Shown one piece after another: positions 29,600-40,213 of a stretch of 64,000 nucleotides of DNA. Below the pieces are notes generated by a model. The model was not told the origin of the DNA. It worked only from the letters and a program-made list of their open reading frames with translations, and ran no database searches. Made by a program: the position numbers and the translations under genes. How positions within the stretch are numbered: position 1 is the first letter of the stretch; the number at the start of each line of letters is the position of its first letter. The stretch is from Trypanosoma brucei (Eukaryota), in NCBI GenBank assembly GCA_000002445.1, contig CM000208.1:160001-224000 (forward strand). The letters are read 5' to 3'.

Positions 29600-32500
29600 A
29601 TGAGCTGCGAAAGCAACGGAGATATTGCTCAACCAGTGGTAGAAAAGGTTTCGAGACTGATAATACGTGACATTGACGTAGAGAATTTCAAATCGTACGC
29701 GGGAAAGCACCGCATCGGACCGTTTCATAAGACATTTGCGACGGTTGTTGGACCTAATGGCTCCGGAAAGTCTAACGTTATTGATGCAATGCTCTTCGTG
29801 TTTGGAAAGAATGCGAGGAAGATCCGTTTGGAGAAACTCTCTGAACTTATTCATACCTCTGCGGCGCATCCAAATTTCACATATGCCTCAGTAACAGTGC
29901 ATTTTGTACGCTTACGCGAGAGTGCAGAACAGCAACGGGACCCGAACCAACGTGAGGAAATCCCAAACAGTGTACTTTCCATTAAGAGGGAGGTGTATAA
30001 AACCGGTGCCTCTCAATATTTCATTCAAGGCACCAGAACAACACAACGGGAGGTCGTGGAGACGCTCATCAAAGAGGGTGTAGACCTGGAACACAACCGG
30101 TTTCTTATTCTTCAAGGTGAAGTGGAGCAAATTGCGCTCATGAAACCTAAAGCAGAGCGTGAGGGTGAGGAGGGTTTACTTGAGTACCTTGATGACCTTA
30201 TAGGAACTAACGACTTTGCACAGTGCATATCAGAGGCGACACGGGAAGCGGAAGCGGCGCAACAACAGCGTTTAGACGCCTTGGATCGCGAGCGTAAGCT
30301 ACGCGCTGAACGGGAGGCGCTAGACTCCGCCAAGAATAGTGCGATAGAATTCGTCAAGAAAGACAATTTACAACAAAAGACGTTGATTGTACTCTGCCAG
30401 CTGAGGATGCAAGTTGTCGAAGAGAAGCTCGCTGAACCCCGTCGTCTTCTGAAAGAAATAGACAACCGTGTCGAAAAATTGAAGGTGACTGTGGATGAAA
30501 AAATGGCGGAGAAGTCAGCTGCTGAGGATGAGCTTCACAAACGGAAGAAAGAACTCGCTGAAGCAACGAAGGAGCGTGACGCAGCCCGTACAAAAAGAGA
30601 CGTTGCTCAGAAGGAGGTGGATCGTTTGAAATCCGGGGCCGATGAGCAGTCGAAGTCAAGGAAAGAAAAGGAAAAACAAATAAAAGATGCTGCAAGCGAC
30701 ATGCAAAAGGCTCAACTACAACAACAGGACGCGGATCGAGAGGCTGCCATCCATCAGCAGAATCTCAATGAAGCGCGAGAACAAGTAGAAAAACTTCAGA
30801 AAGAGTATGACGTCGCAACAGAGAGGTTTGTTAGCATCTTCACACCACTTCGCCAGGAGCTAGATAAGAAGAAGGCTGATTTTGCCCCATATGAAAAAGC
30901 TCTGGTGGAAGCAAAGGAGCAACTTGATACGGCCCAAAACCGCTTACAATTACTTGATGTTTCGGGGACGAAGCGGCAGGAACAGTTACATAACATTGCC
31001 TCTGCGTTACAATGTAACATGCGGCGTATTGAAGAAGTGGAGAGGCTCTTGAAAGGAGCTGATCCCAATAAATACAACGCGGAGCTAAAGGGTCTTCAAG
31101 AAACCCTTGCAAAAGCAGCAGAAAAGAAACACAGCATAAATGCTTCTATACAGGATATCAAGAATTCCTTTAGCGAAGGTGAAAGCGATGATCGGGCCGT
31201 TAGATTTCTTCTTCTGCAGCGCTCGCTCAAGGGCTACTATGGCACACTAAGACAACTTGGTCGCATTGATGACGCATACGATGTTGCAGCTGGTGTGGCA
31301 AGCAACGCGTGGTCTTATCACGTGGTGGAAGATCGGGAGACGGCAGCCAAAGCCCTCGAGTTGCTGCGCACGCATGACATTGGACGTGCCACAATGATTG
31401 TACTGAAGGAAATCGAACGGCAAATTGGAAACCGAATGGAAACACCCTTCACTTCACCAACCCCAAAGGCAAAGCGCTTGTTTGATCTTATTACCCCTGT
31501 CAATGACCGGTTCCGTATTGCCTTCTATCAGGCTTTAGGGAATACACTTGTGGTATCTGGTCTTACTGAGGCGCGTGAGGTGGCCTTTGGTGGTCCTCAA
31601 CGTTATCGTGTCGTAACGCTTCGTGGAGAGTTGGCAGAGCCCGGTGGGTCCTTAACGGGAGGCGGTAACACGCCACGTGGGGCGGGGCTGAAGGCAGCTC
31701 GACTTCCGGTAGACAAGGAGGCGGTGCGCGCAACTCTTCAAAACTTGCAAGCAGAGCTGGTGGAAGCGGCTCAAGCCGAGTGCGACGCCCAGAGTAGAAT
31801 ACATGAACTACGCGAAAAGCAGCGGCACCTCAATCCTGCTCAGATATCGCAACTTCATGTGGAATTAAACACGCTTCGTGTCACCGTGGAAGCGGATTCG
31901 CAGCGCCAGGCTCGGATAGAGCGGGAAATTAGGGAGGCTTCGCAAGAGAACGAGAGGAAACGGAGGGCGCTGGAGTGTGCTGTCGAGGAAGCAGAAAGAC
32001 AGCTTGGTGCCGCAGAGAAGTCTCATATCAAGCACCGTAGTGCACTGGAAGAACTCGAAAACAAAATTGACAACGTTGGTGGACTTGAATACAAGGCGCT
32101 ATGCCAGAACCTGAAGACCCAACAGGAACGGGTGGAGGCAGAAGACAAGGCCCTGCGGGAATGTCGGCGATTATCACAGCGTCTCCGTGCGACGCAAGAA
32201 CGCAAAGAGCGAGATATTGCGCAATACAACGAAGATCTTAATCGCATTCTTGCTGAGTCTTCTGGTGAGTTGGAGGCGGCGCTTGTGACGGCGAAGGAAA
32301 TAGCGGAGGAGGTTACGCGGGCATTCAAAGGGGCAGAGATGAGGTTTAACGACGCCCAGTTGGCTCTGGAAGGTGCAAAGGCAGCTGTACCAGTGGCACA
32401 TAAGGCTTTGGTTGAGGCTCAGAGACGGTTAGACGATGAGGACCGATTTCGACAGATAGAAGTGGCTAAAATGGCTGATGCTTTGCAAGAGTTGGCGAAG

Positions 32501-33700
32501 TTTGAGCAGAAGATTGATGGTTGTGAAGAAAAAATTAGGGAAAACGTAGATTTTTATGGCATAGAAACTCTAGACCTCAAAGATAATGAAGAAGAAAGAA
32601 GAGACGAGGACGAAGAGAATGACGCAGTAAATGCAAACGATGAGTCTGCTTCTCAGGACGCGGAGGGGGATGGTCGTAGTGATAACGGCGCAGACGATGT
32701 TCTCTCTCAGGACCGCGAAGAGGAGAAGGTGGATGTGAGGAACATGACTTTTCGACTTTCGGCAGAGCAACTGTTGAACTACAATTACGACGAATGTGTG
32801 CATAAAGCAAAACTACTGAGTGAAGAAGCCAAGAGGTTGAATAATATGATCGACTTCCGTGCGGTTCGGCTGTGGCGTGAGCGCGATGCTGAGCACCGCA
32901 AGGGGAAGGCTGAATATCTTCGAATAAGGGAAATATCAGATGCGGCCGACCAGCGGTTGCAAAAGTTGAAGGATGAACGCAGGGACTGTTTCATGGCGTG
33001 TTTTGTTCGTGTTCAAAATCGTTTGCGTGAAGTTTACCAACTGCTTACACACGGTGGTGACGCGGACTTGGAACTTGTTGATGCAAATGATCCCTTTGAA
33101 GGAATTCAGTTTGTTGTTCGACCCCCGAAAAAGTCATGGAAGCAGATTTCCAACCTCTCTGGTGGTGAAAAGACTCTGTCGAGCTTAGCACTTATTTTCG
33201 CGCTGCACGACATTAAACCGACACCGATTTATGTCATGGATGAAATAGACGCCGCACTGGACTTCCGCAACGTTTCCATTGTTGCAAACTACATCCTTCG
33301 TCAAGCCAGTGGTGCGCAGTTTATCATCATTTCTCTCCGAAACAACATGTTTGAAATGGCTCATCAGCTCGTTGGTGTTTTCAAACGGTCAGATGTGGCT
33401 CGTACGGTGGGTATAAATCCAGTCGTTTTTCAGCAAAAGGTGTTGAGTGTTCTTCAGGAACGCAAACGCAAAAGGACGGGTTCAACAGGAGATGTGCAAA
33501 TTAAAGTAGAAGATAAAGTTGCATGTAACAACGAAGCCGCTGACATCCTCGTAAGCAGCAGAAGTGCCAGCAGGTGCAGGTCTTCAGTGCCGAGAGCCAA
33601 AACAACACCAAAGTCTTCTCAAAAGGGTAGTGGAAAAACTCCGAGGAATTGTGGGGTTGCCGCAAATGGAGTTCGTTTGAAGGTAGAGGAAGATGCCTAA
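29600..33700 (+). CDS. SMC4: Structural maintenance of chromosomes protein 4 (condensin subunit), 1366 aa.
   Basis: The N-terminal FKSYAGKHRIGPFHKTFATVVGPNGSGKSNVIDAMLFVFG (Walker A) is SMC4-like. The hinge is LKGYYGTLRQLGRIDDAYDVAAGVA. The signature motif LSGGEKTLSSLALIFAL and Walker B IYVMDEIDAALD are present, with long coiled-coil arms. Confidence 0.9.
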   Translation: MSCESNGDIAQPVVEKVSRLIIRDIDVENFKSYAGKHRIGPFHKTFATVVGPNGSGKSNVIDAMLFVFGKNARKIRLEKLSELIHTSAAHPNFTYASVTVHFVRLRESAEQQRDPNQREEIPNSVLSIKREVYKTGASQYFIQGTRTTQREVVETLIKEGVDLEHNRFLILQGEVEQIALMKPKAEREGEEGLLEYLDDLIGTNDFAQCISEATREAEAAQQQRLDALDRERKLRAEREALDSAKNSAIEFVKKDNLQQKTLIVLCQLRMQVVEEKLAEPRRLLKEIDNRVEKLKVTVDEKMAEKSAAEDELHKRKKELAEATKERDAARTKRDVAQKEVDRLKSGADEQSKSRKEKEKQIKDAASDMQKAQLQQQDADREAAIHQQNLNEAREQVEKLQKEYDVATERFVSIFTPLRQELDKKKADFAPYEKALVEAKEQLDTAQNRLQLLDVSGTKRQEQLHNIASALQCNMRRIEEVERLLKGADPNKYNAELKGLQETLAKAAEKKHSINASIQDIKNSFSEGESDDRAVRFLLLQRSLKGYYGTLRQLGRIDDAYDVAAGVASNAWSYHVVEDRETAAKALELLRTHDIGRATMIVLKEIERQIGNRMETPFTSPTPKAKRLFDLITPVNDRFRIAFYQALGNTLVVSGLTEAREVAFGGPQRYRVVTLRGELAEPGGSLTGGGNTPRGAGLKAARLPVDKEAVRATLQNLQAELVEAAQAECDAQSRIHELREKQRHLNPAQISQLHVELNTLRVTVEADSQRQARIEREIREASQENERKRRALECAVEEAERQLGAAEKSHIKHRSALEELENKIDNVGGLEYKALCQNLKTQQERVEAEDKALRECRRLSQRLRATQERKERDIAQYNEDLNRILAESSGELEAALVTAKEIAEEVTRAFKGAEMRFNDAQLALEGAKAAVPVAHKALVEAQRRLDDEDRFRQIEVAKMADALQELAKFEQKIDGCEEKIRENVDFYGIETLDLKDNEEERRDEDEENDAVNANDESASQDAEGDGRSDNGADDVLSQDREEEKVDVRNMTFRLSAEQLLNYNYDECVHKAKLLSEEAKRLNNMIDFRAVRLWRERDAEHRKGKAEYLRIREISDAADQRLQKLKDERRDCFMACFVRVQNRLREVYQLLTHGGDADLELVDANDPFEGIQFVVRPPKKSWKQISNLSGGEKTLSSLALIFALHDIKPTPIYVMDEIDAALDFRNVSIVANYILRQASGAQFIIISLRNNMFEMAHQLVGVFKRSDVARTVGINPVVFQQKVLSVLQERKRKRTGSTGDVQIKVEDKVACNNEAADILVSSRSASRCRSSVPRAKTTPKSSQKGSGKTPRNCGVAANGVRLKVEEDA

Positions 33701-35020
33701 TACCCACTTCTACAGTTTCCTTTCCTTTTTTTTTCGTTGTGTCACACGTTAACAAATGTTCATTTACAAATGCAGCAGGGTCTCCTCATTTTTCTTTTCT
33801 TTAACTCTCTTTCTCTCTCTCTCTCTCTTGCAACACTGGGACTCATCTTGATAATTTGTTTGGGATTCCCTTTACACATCGTTAATAACTCGACTGTTGG
33901 CGAGATACTGATGGGAAAAAGAAAATGCAAGTGCGTCGCTGCATAATTTATAGAGCTTCCTTTAGTTGCTTCTTTTCTTTTTTGTATGTTTATTCCCTCT
34001 TTATTGCATGCCTGAGTACTGCATTGGTGTTTTTTTTGTTGGTTGAAAAATAATTTTCTGTGGTGAGCAAATACTTATTAATATATGTCGTCCGAATTGT
34101 CCTTACCCTCCCCGGGATTTGTTGGTGAGAGTTTTTTATTTGTGTCCAACCTCTTTTGTTCCCTTTTCTCTTAACACTTATGGTACCCGCACGCGCATGC
34201 AATGTTTGTAGCTGTCGTGTCCATGTTTTTAAAAAAGAAAAGGGAAAAGGAAGAAATGGTTAGTAAATCATAGGGAGTAGTGATCCAGTGGCTCGTAGCT
34301 TCTTCTACATGACATTGTTTATATACTCACACACAATTTCTTCAACCCTTCTCCGTCTTTTACTTTTTTTTGTTGTTCTCTTTGTTTTTTTTCTTCTCTT
34401 CTTAATTTTTAGCGTGGTTTCACTTTGTTTCCTTTACTGTAGTGTTCCGCCATTTTTCCCCCTGCTTTCATGTACTTAATGTTGCGTTTTTATCATCAAT
34501 GCATTTTACTTGGTTGCGGTGCCAACTTGCTCTTCTTCTTTTTCTCCCTTTTTTCTCCTTCTTCTTCATAATTTACTGTTCCTGATCATACAGTATATCA
34601 AAGATTATATATATATATATATATATTTTTTTTAAAAAAATCATTAGTGCATGGTTTATTTGGAGATAGCTTTATAAGCAATCTCGTATTTTTGTACGTA
34701 GAAGTCAAGTTGAAGCTATAATAAATCCGTTCGGTTTCTTCCCTTTTATTTTTATTTTTGTCTGGTTTCTTCCAGTCCGCAGCACCTTACTGCTTTGAGT
34801 TTGTTTGCGCGTGTATTTTGCACCTGCTTCCGTTAAGGGTACGCAGGGCCTTTACACGTGTATAAGGGACTTGAAGAAGCGGAGAAAAAAAATAAAAATA
34901 AAAAAAGAAGAAGCTTCCAAAATAATTTCTATTTAATAACAAAAAGGAAAAAAAACGGACAGATTGCAGAAGCGAAGAGAATAGGGAGGTGTAGAGCGGA
35001 AGGATCAGGATAATTTCAAG

Positions 35021-35401
35021 ATGTTAAATAGCTGTTTGTGCAAAATCTTCATGTTTGTCCGGTTTCTGGTACTCATTGTTTTCGCATTATGTACCAACAT
35101 CTTGAGTGCTGGCGCGAAGGAATGCAAACTGATGGGAGAAATGGAAGCGTGGAAACATGATGGTGGCTCTTTTATTCATGACGAGAAGTCCGGAACGTGG
35201 CATGAATTAAACAGCGACGGGGAAAGTGTTGCATCTTTCGTAGAATTCACTCGTAAAGATGATACCGTTGTCTTACGCGATGAGAGCCGGCACCTGTTTT
35301 TACTTCTGCGACCCGATCTTGCTGCAATTATGAATAATGGGGACGATAACTTCCAACCGCTTTTTCAGGGACGCTTCGTCAGCTCAGTGAGTTGTGCATG
35401 A
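35021..35401 (+). CDS. Small hypothetical protein, 126 aa, with an N-terminal signal-peptide-like segment; possibly secreted.
   Basis: An ATG-initiated ORF, MLNSCLCKIFMFVRFLVLIVFALCTNILSAGAKE followed by a hydrophilic body. It is isolated inside a 2.7-kb ORF-poor gap and could be spurious. Confidence 0.35.
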   Translation: MLNSCLCKIFMFVRFLVLIVFALCTNILSAGAKECKLMGEMEAWKHDGGSFIHDEKSGTWHELNSDGESVASFVEFTRKDDTVVLRDESRHLFLLLRPDLAAIMNNGDDNFQPLFQGRFVSSVSCA

Positions 35402-36400
35402 GGCAAAGCGAAGGAAGTGATGTGGTAGTGAATTTTATATTTTCCTGCATGGTTGGCTCCTCCTTAACTGAACTTCTTCTTCTTCATATTTTTACACATT
35501 ATGCAGTCATGTCTTATGTGTAGTTCTTTCAGCTGCTTTTATATGGACTCAAATTCACAACCGCATCGCTTTGTTTCTCGCTTTCCCCGTGCGTTTTGGT
35601 GGTCGCTGCTTGTAACTTATTTGATGTGTTTTGTTCCCTTCAATCCGTTGCTCTGTTTTGCTTTTTTGTTTTGTTTTGTTTTAACTGAGTGTCAACCTTT
35701 CTTTTCGTACTTCTGATCCCCTTCGAACGATCTGCCTCCTTTTTTTTCTCCCGTCTTTCGTCCTCTGCCCGTTTTTTTAAAAAATGCCTCCATTATTTTT
35801 CGGTCGAAATATTTCAAATCATTGAATAAAGAAAGGAAGGACGAGCCCAAAGGAAAAGAAAAAAGAAAAAAAGGCGCGCAAAGGCAAGACTAAGTGAGTT
35901 TCAGATACTTTTATATATGAGTTACCGCAGCGAAAATTTATTCAAAGAGTCGCAGCCAATATTTTTTTGCGTGTGAAGAACCCATTGCGGTTGCACTTAT
36001 TTGTATTGCAGCAACATTTTACACTTTACCGAAAGTATCTGATCTGATCTGATCGTTTTATTTTTTCTGTTGTTTTGTGAAGTCGGTATTTATTATTATT
36101 ATTATTTTAGTCTGTAACATAACGCACTGCCGGTGAAGGTGATACAGGGGTAACACATTTCTTTTTTTTTTAGTTGTGGGAGCACTGCAGTCAATAAAGG
36201 AGAGAATCGGCAGGAAATTCAATTGCACAAAAGTAAATAAATAAATAATCTTAAATACAAGGTGGCCGTACGTGTTGATCGTTGAGACATTTAAACAAAA
36301 TATCACAAACAGTTGACGAAAGAGTGAGCAACACGGACGTGACACCTTTCGTCACAAAAAAGAAAAAAACAAGCAAACGACAAACAAAGGACGTGTATAA

Positions 36401-37459
36401 ATGCAGAAATGTTTAGTCATACGTCATGGCAGGCTTAGGTTTCCACTGGGAAATGGGAGTACTAGCCGTTACCTCACAGTTGGCCGCGATTTGCTTCCCC
36501 TCATCCCCAGTAACGAAATTTATCATGATCCACCGAAACTCCGTCATCGTCTTGACAGGGACGGGTATCTTTATTTTAAAAGTATTGTCCCACGAGTGAC
36601 AGTAAGTGCAGCTCTCGATAATCTTAGGCTGCAAATGACCGCATGTGGTTGGACTTGTGAGGAGGACCATAAGCGCATGTTGGAGCGTAGTGGCGGTGTG
36701 GCATTAGGTTTGCCATTTCCTTCTACAGGGAAGCTTCCACCACCGCAAATAACATACACGGACTCACTTCGAGCTGCGGTGAGCGGTACGAGTGTCATGG
36801 CGCTTGTGCGACAAGTGTTTGGTGGAGCAGTTCGTGTGTGGGACATACAGTCTGTACATCTTGCGGCTCCTCAGGAATCCTTTGGATTACGTATGCCAAG
36901 TGTATATATGAATAGAGGGACAAAGTTGGCCATCATTGCACTTGTGCCATTACACGACACGCCAATGCACATGGGTACACCAGTCATTGTGAAGGGCAGT
37001 AATAGCAGCGACACATATGCTGCGTTACGGAGTTCCTATGGTCAACACGATGTAGAAGGTGATGATATTTGTGGCGATGGCTGCTACACAGATGACCCTG
37101 ATGAGTTGCTGCCGTTAGGCAAACAGCTCGGCATAGATGAGGTGACTGGCCGCCGCATAACAGTGGACGTTAACCCATTTCTTTCAGTGGCTGTTGAACC
37201 GGGAGATGTTATTCTTTTAACAGTTTATACGATGCATTCCTTTCTCACCAATACAACCGACTGCTGGCGTATCATGACGGAGGCGGTGTGGACTATGGAA
37301 GGCGATGATGTTGGTCCTGATCCCCGTTACGTTGGTAGCAATGCACCGGGGCTTAATAAGTGGTGTAGCGAGCGTGACAACAGGAAGAAATACCCGCGAA
37401 CCATGAACGAGGCGAAAAAGGCTTGGGGGTTAGTACCAGATGCCCCATCCACCATATGA
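36401..37459 (+). CDS. Phytanoyl-CoA dioxygenase (PhyH)-like 2OG-Fe(II) oxygenase family protein; tentative.
   Basis: An ATG-initiated 352-aa ORF. C-terminal PGDVILLTVYTMHSFLTNTT resembles the PhyH family ending (G..L.F.....H.S..N.S). A candidate HxD lies in VPLHDTPMH. No stronger motif was found. Confidence 0.45.
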   Translation: MQKCLVIRHGRLRFPLGNGSTSRYLTVGRDLLPLIPSNEIYHDPPKLRHRLDRDGYLYFKSIVPRVTVSAALDNLRLQMTACGWTCEEDHKRMLERSGGVALGLPFPSTGKLPPPQITYTDSLRAAVSGTSVMALVRQVFGGAVRVWDIQSVHLAAPQESFGLRMPSVYMNRGTKLAIIALVPLHDTPMHMGTPVIVKGSNSSDTYAALRSSYGQHDVEGDDICGDGCYTDDPDELLPLGKQLGIDEVTGRRITVDVNPFLSVAVEPGDVILLTVYTMHSFLTNTTDCWRIMTEAVWTMEGDDVGPDPRYVGSNAPGLNKWCSERDNRKKYPRTMNEAKKAWGLVPDAPSTI

Positions 37460-38314
37460 ATCATGTTTTTTTATTTTATTTTTTATTTTATTTTTATTTT
37501 GGGGGGGGGACTCTATGGAGTGGGAATGGATGGGTTTTCTTCACCATGTAGTTTAAACGCGATGCAACTTTGGCTTGCGTTACTCAAGGAGACGTCTCGT
37601 ATGTTTTACAGGCAATATATGCGTGACTGCCTCGTCTAGATTGTTTTTGGTGTTTCTTTATATATATATATATATATATTTTGGTGGAAGGTGGGGGAGG
37701 AAATCATTGTTGGGAAGAAGGGAGGTTAATGGAAGTTCCACCACGTCTCGTCATTTTTGGAAATTTTTTTTTCTTATCGATGCGAAATACCACCGCACTA
37801 TTTGCCTACGGTGATGGTGTAGTTGTATATTTTCCCCTACTTCCAGATATGCTTGTTTTATTTTACATTTGTGTAGGTAGATAATGATGAGGCTGCTGGA
37901 CGCAGCAGTGATGTGAAGCAGAGTAAGCGTAAGATAAGGTTAATACGAATTATAATGGTGTTTCGTTGATTTGTGGTTATCAGCAATAAGTTTCTGACGA
38001 GTACGAAATTTTGAGAGGTTCCATTGCACTTTTCCTTTTTTTCTTTTGTCTTTTGCATGCTAGTTTTATTTAACCGGTGTAGGTAACGCAACACATTGCA
38101 GTGACGAGATTCGTGCATTGTGCTGCCAGTGCACGCGGTGGTTTACATAAGCAAAATAATAACATTAGCGGAAGAAGAACCAAGAGCGTTTGGAGGCCAA
38201 CTGACTTTACCAAGTGTGGTGAAAAGGAATAGGCTCAAAGGATATCGTTGTAGTTAACGTAAAAGTGAACATAAGCTTACGTGTATAGTTCAAAGCGCCA
38301 CTTATCGTTGCGAC

Positions 38315-40213
38315 ATGCATCGCCAGCGCCGCCTTGTGCGTGGCCTTCTTTCAAATTCTTCTTCTCAAATGTTGGGATGCCGACCTTTTTTTGGAATGAG
38401 TGGAAGGGGCAGCGGTGGTGCCGGGGGTCGTGGGGATTCGGGAAAAGAAGGGGAAGTTGGAGGGAAAGGATGGTCAGGGCTGTTTAGCGGTGCAGGTGGA
38501 TTGCCACCGGGATTTGACGAACAGAGGTTGAAGGCAGTTCAAGAAATATTTAATAAACAGTCCCCTGAGAAGCAAGCGGAGCTGATGAAAAAGGCACTCG
38601 AGTTCCAAAAGGTTTTTGGGAAGGTCCCGGGGATTGGTAAAATGGCGCAGAAAAATATTGAAATGTTGGAGAAGGTGGTGATTAACAACTCCAGCCAGCA
38701 GCAACAACAAACACCTCCAAAGGCGAATGGAATCCGCAGCATGTCTGGGGCTGCTGAAAGGGAAAATAAGGCAAAAATAAAGTCGTCTAATGAATCGACA
38801 GCAGCCGGCTCCGCGAGAATCTCGGGGGGTGCTGCCGGACCCACCATTGACGAACTGAAGAAAATTAACTTGGGACCCGAGATTGAGGAGCTTTTCGCCG
38901 AGCTCTCCTCGATAAGGGCAAAGAAAAATTCTTATCGTAGTAAATTCCTCGCTGCTGAAACAGATCTTGAGAAGTTGAGGAAAGAGGTTGAACAGTTGCG
39001 TGAGACAGACGCTAGTCTCCGGTCAAAGCTGCGTCGAGTGGAACAAGATGTTATGCTTCTCAATTCTGAAAACATGGAATTGAAAGAACATGAAAAAGAA
39101 TGGAGACAGGTAAGGCACAAAAATGAGAAACTGACAGACGCAGTGCAGCGACTTCAACATGATAATGCGGCGCAAGACCGTCAGCTCAGCGAGGCCCTGC
39201 AAGTGCAGCTAAAGGAGAAGGATGATATGTTACGGTCGCTGCAACGAAAACTTGACAGACTCAGGAAGCGGGATCCACTTCTTCAATTTTCACTTCTCTG
39301 TAGTGACGTGGCACGGCTGTGTGATACTGAACAAAATGCCGCTAAGGATGCAGCTGAGGATGCCTTTAACATGCTGCAGGGAATTCACCAACAGAAGCAA
39401 GACGCTGCTTGGAAGTCAGCTATGTTACAGGATGGTGCAGCAGCGAAAGCATTCATGGCAGTGGTCCGCCGTTTTTACTTGAGTCGTGTTCCACATGCAA
39501 ACTATGATGCGCTTGTTGCGGTGGATGATGCGGAAGCGCTCCGACCTCTTGTGAGTGAAATGGGTTTCACTTTAGAGCATGTGGCTGCCGGTCGTTATGT
39601 CATCGTCGCTCCCTCTGTTGAGGTGCCCAAAACTTTTATTGGTCCGTACGGGCTGTGTGCTGCTTTATATCTTGCAGGGAAATCTGTAGAAGGAGAGAAA
39701 ATGTTTTCCTTTAAACTTACTGTTGTGTATCCACACGTAAGCTCAACTCTGTTTGGAAACACGTGCAGGACGGGGGTGCAGTATGACACGGCGAGGTCTA
39801 GCGGACCTGGTGGACAGGCCGTTAACGTTTCGGAGACCCAAATTATCGCAAAGTTGTCTATTGATGGCGATGCGGCTTATACCGCAGAGGCACAAGATTC
39901 TCGCAGTGCACTCAACAATCGGGAGGCTGCCACCGAGAAGTTGGCTAAAACAAGGCGTCAGCATTACAACGAACAACTCGCGAAGCAGCACAAGCCGGAA
40001 GGGTTAGAACGCGAATTAGTTGCTGTCGTACAGTCCACTCTTAATGGAAACGGTAGTAGTGGAAGTGATGGGATGGTGGGCCCCGTCCCCAAAGAGATTG
40101 TTGAGTTGGTAAATGACACTGTTGCCAAGAAATTGCTGCCTGGCGCAGAACTGGGGTTGCTGTACGGTATGTTGTATTTGTTTCGTGAGGCGGCGGCCGC
40201 TGCCTCCTCATAG
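38315..40213 (+). CDS. GGQ-motif (RF-1 / peptidyl-tRNA hydrolase ArfB-ICT1-type) domain protein with a long N-terminal Gly-rich and coiled-coil extension, predicted mitochondrial.
   Basis: RSSGPGGQAVNVSETQIIAKLSIDGDAAYTAEAQDSRSALNNREAATEKLAK is a canonical RF-1 domain GGQ loop plus helix (nt ~39790-39960). The N-terminus MHRQRRLVRGLL reads as a presequence. Residues ~180-330 are heptad-rich. Confidence 0.7.
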   Translation: MHRQRRLVRGLLSNSSSQMLGCRPFFGMSGRGSGGAGGRGDSGKEGEVGGKGWSGLFSGAGGLPPGFDEQRLKAVQEIFNKQSPEKQAELMKKALEFQKVFGKVPGIGKMAQKNIEMLEKVVINNSSQQQQQTPPKANGIRSMSGAAERENKAKIKSSNESTAAGSARISGGAAGPTIDELKKINLGPEIEELFAELSSIRAKKNSYRSKFLAAETDLEKLRKEVEQLRETDASLRSKLRRVEQDVMLLNSENMELKEHEKEWRQVRHKNEKLTDAVQRLQHDNAAQDRQLSEALQVQLKEKDDMLRSLQRKLDRLRKRDPLLQFSLLCSDVARLCDTEQNAAKDAAEDAFNMLQGIHQQKQDAAWKSAMLQDGAAAKAFMAVVRRFYLSRVPHANYDALVAVDDAEALRPLVSEMGFTLEHVAAGRYVIVAPSVEVPKTFIGPYGLCAALYLAGKSVEGEKMFSFKLTVVYPHVSSTLFGNTCRTGVQYDTARSSGPGGQAVNVSETQIIAKLSIDGDAAYTAEAQDSRSALNNREAATEKLAKTRRQHYNEQLAKQHKPEGLERELVAVVQSTLNGNGSSGSDGMVGPVPKEIVELVNDTVAKKLLPGAELGLLYGMLYLFREAAAAASS

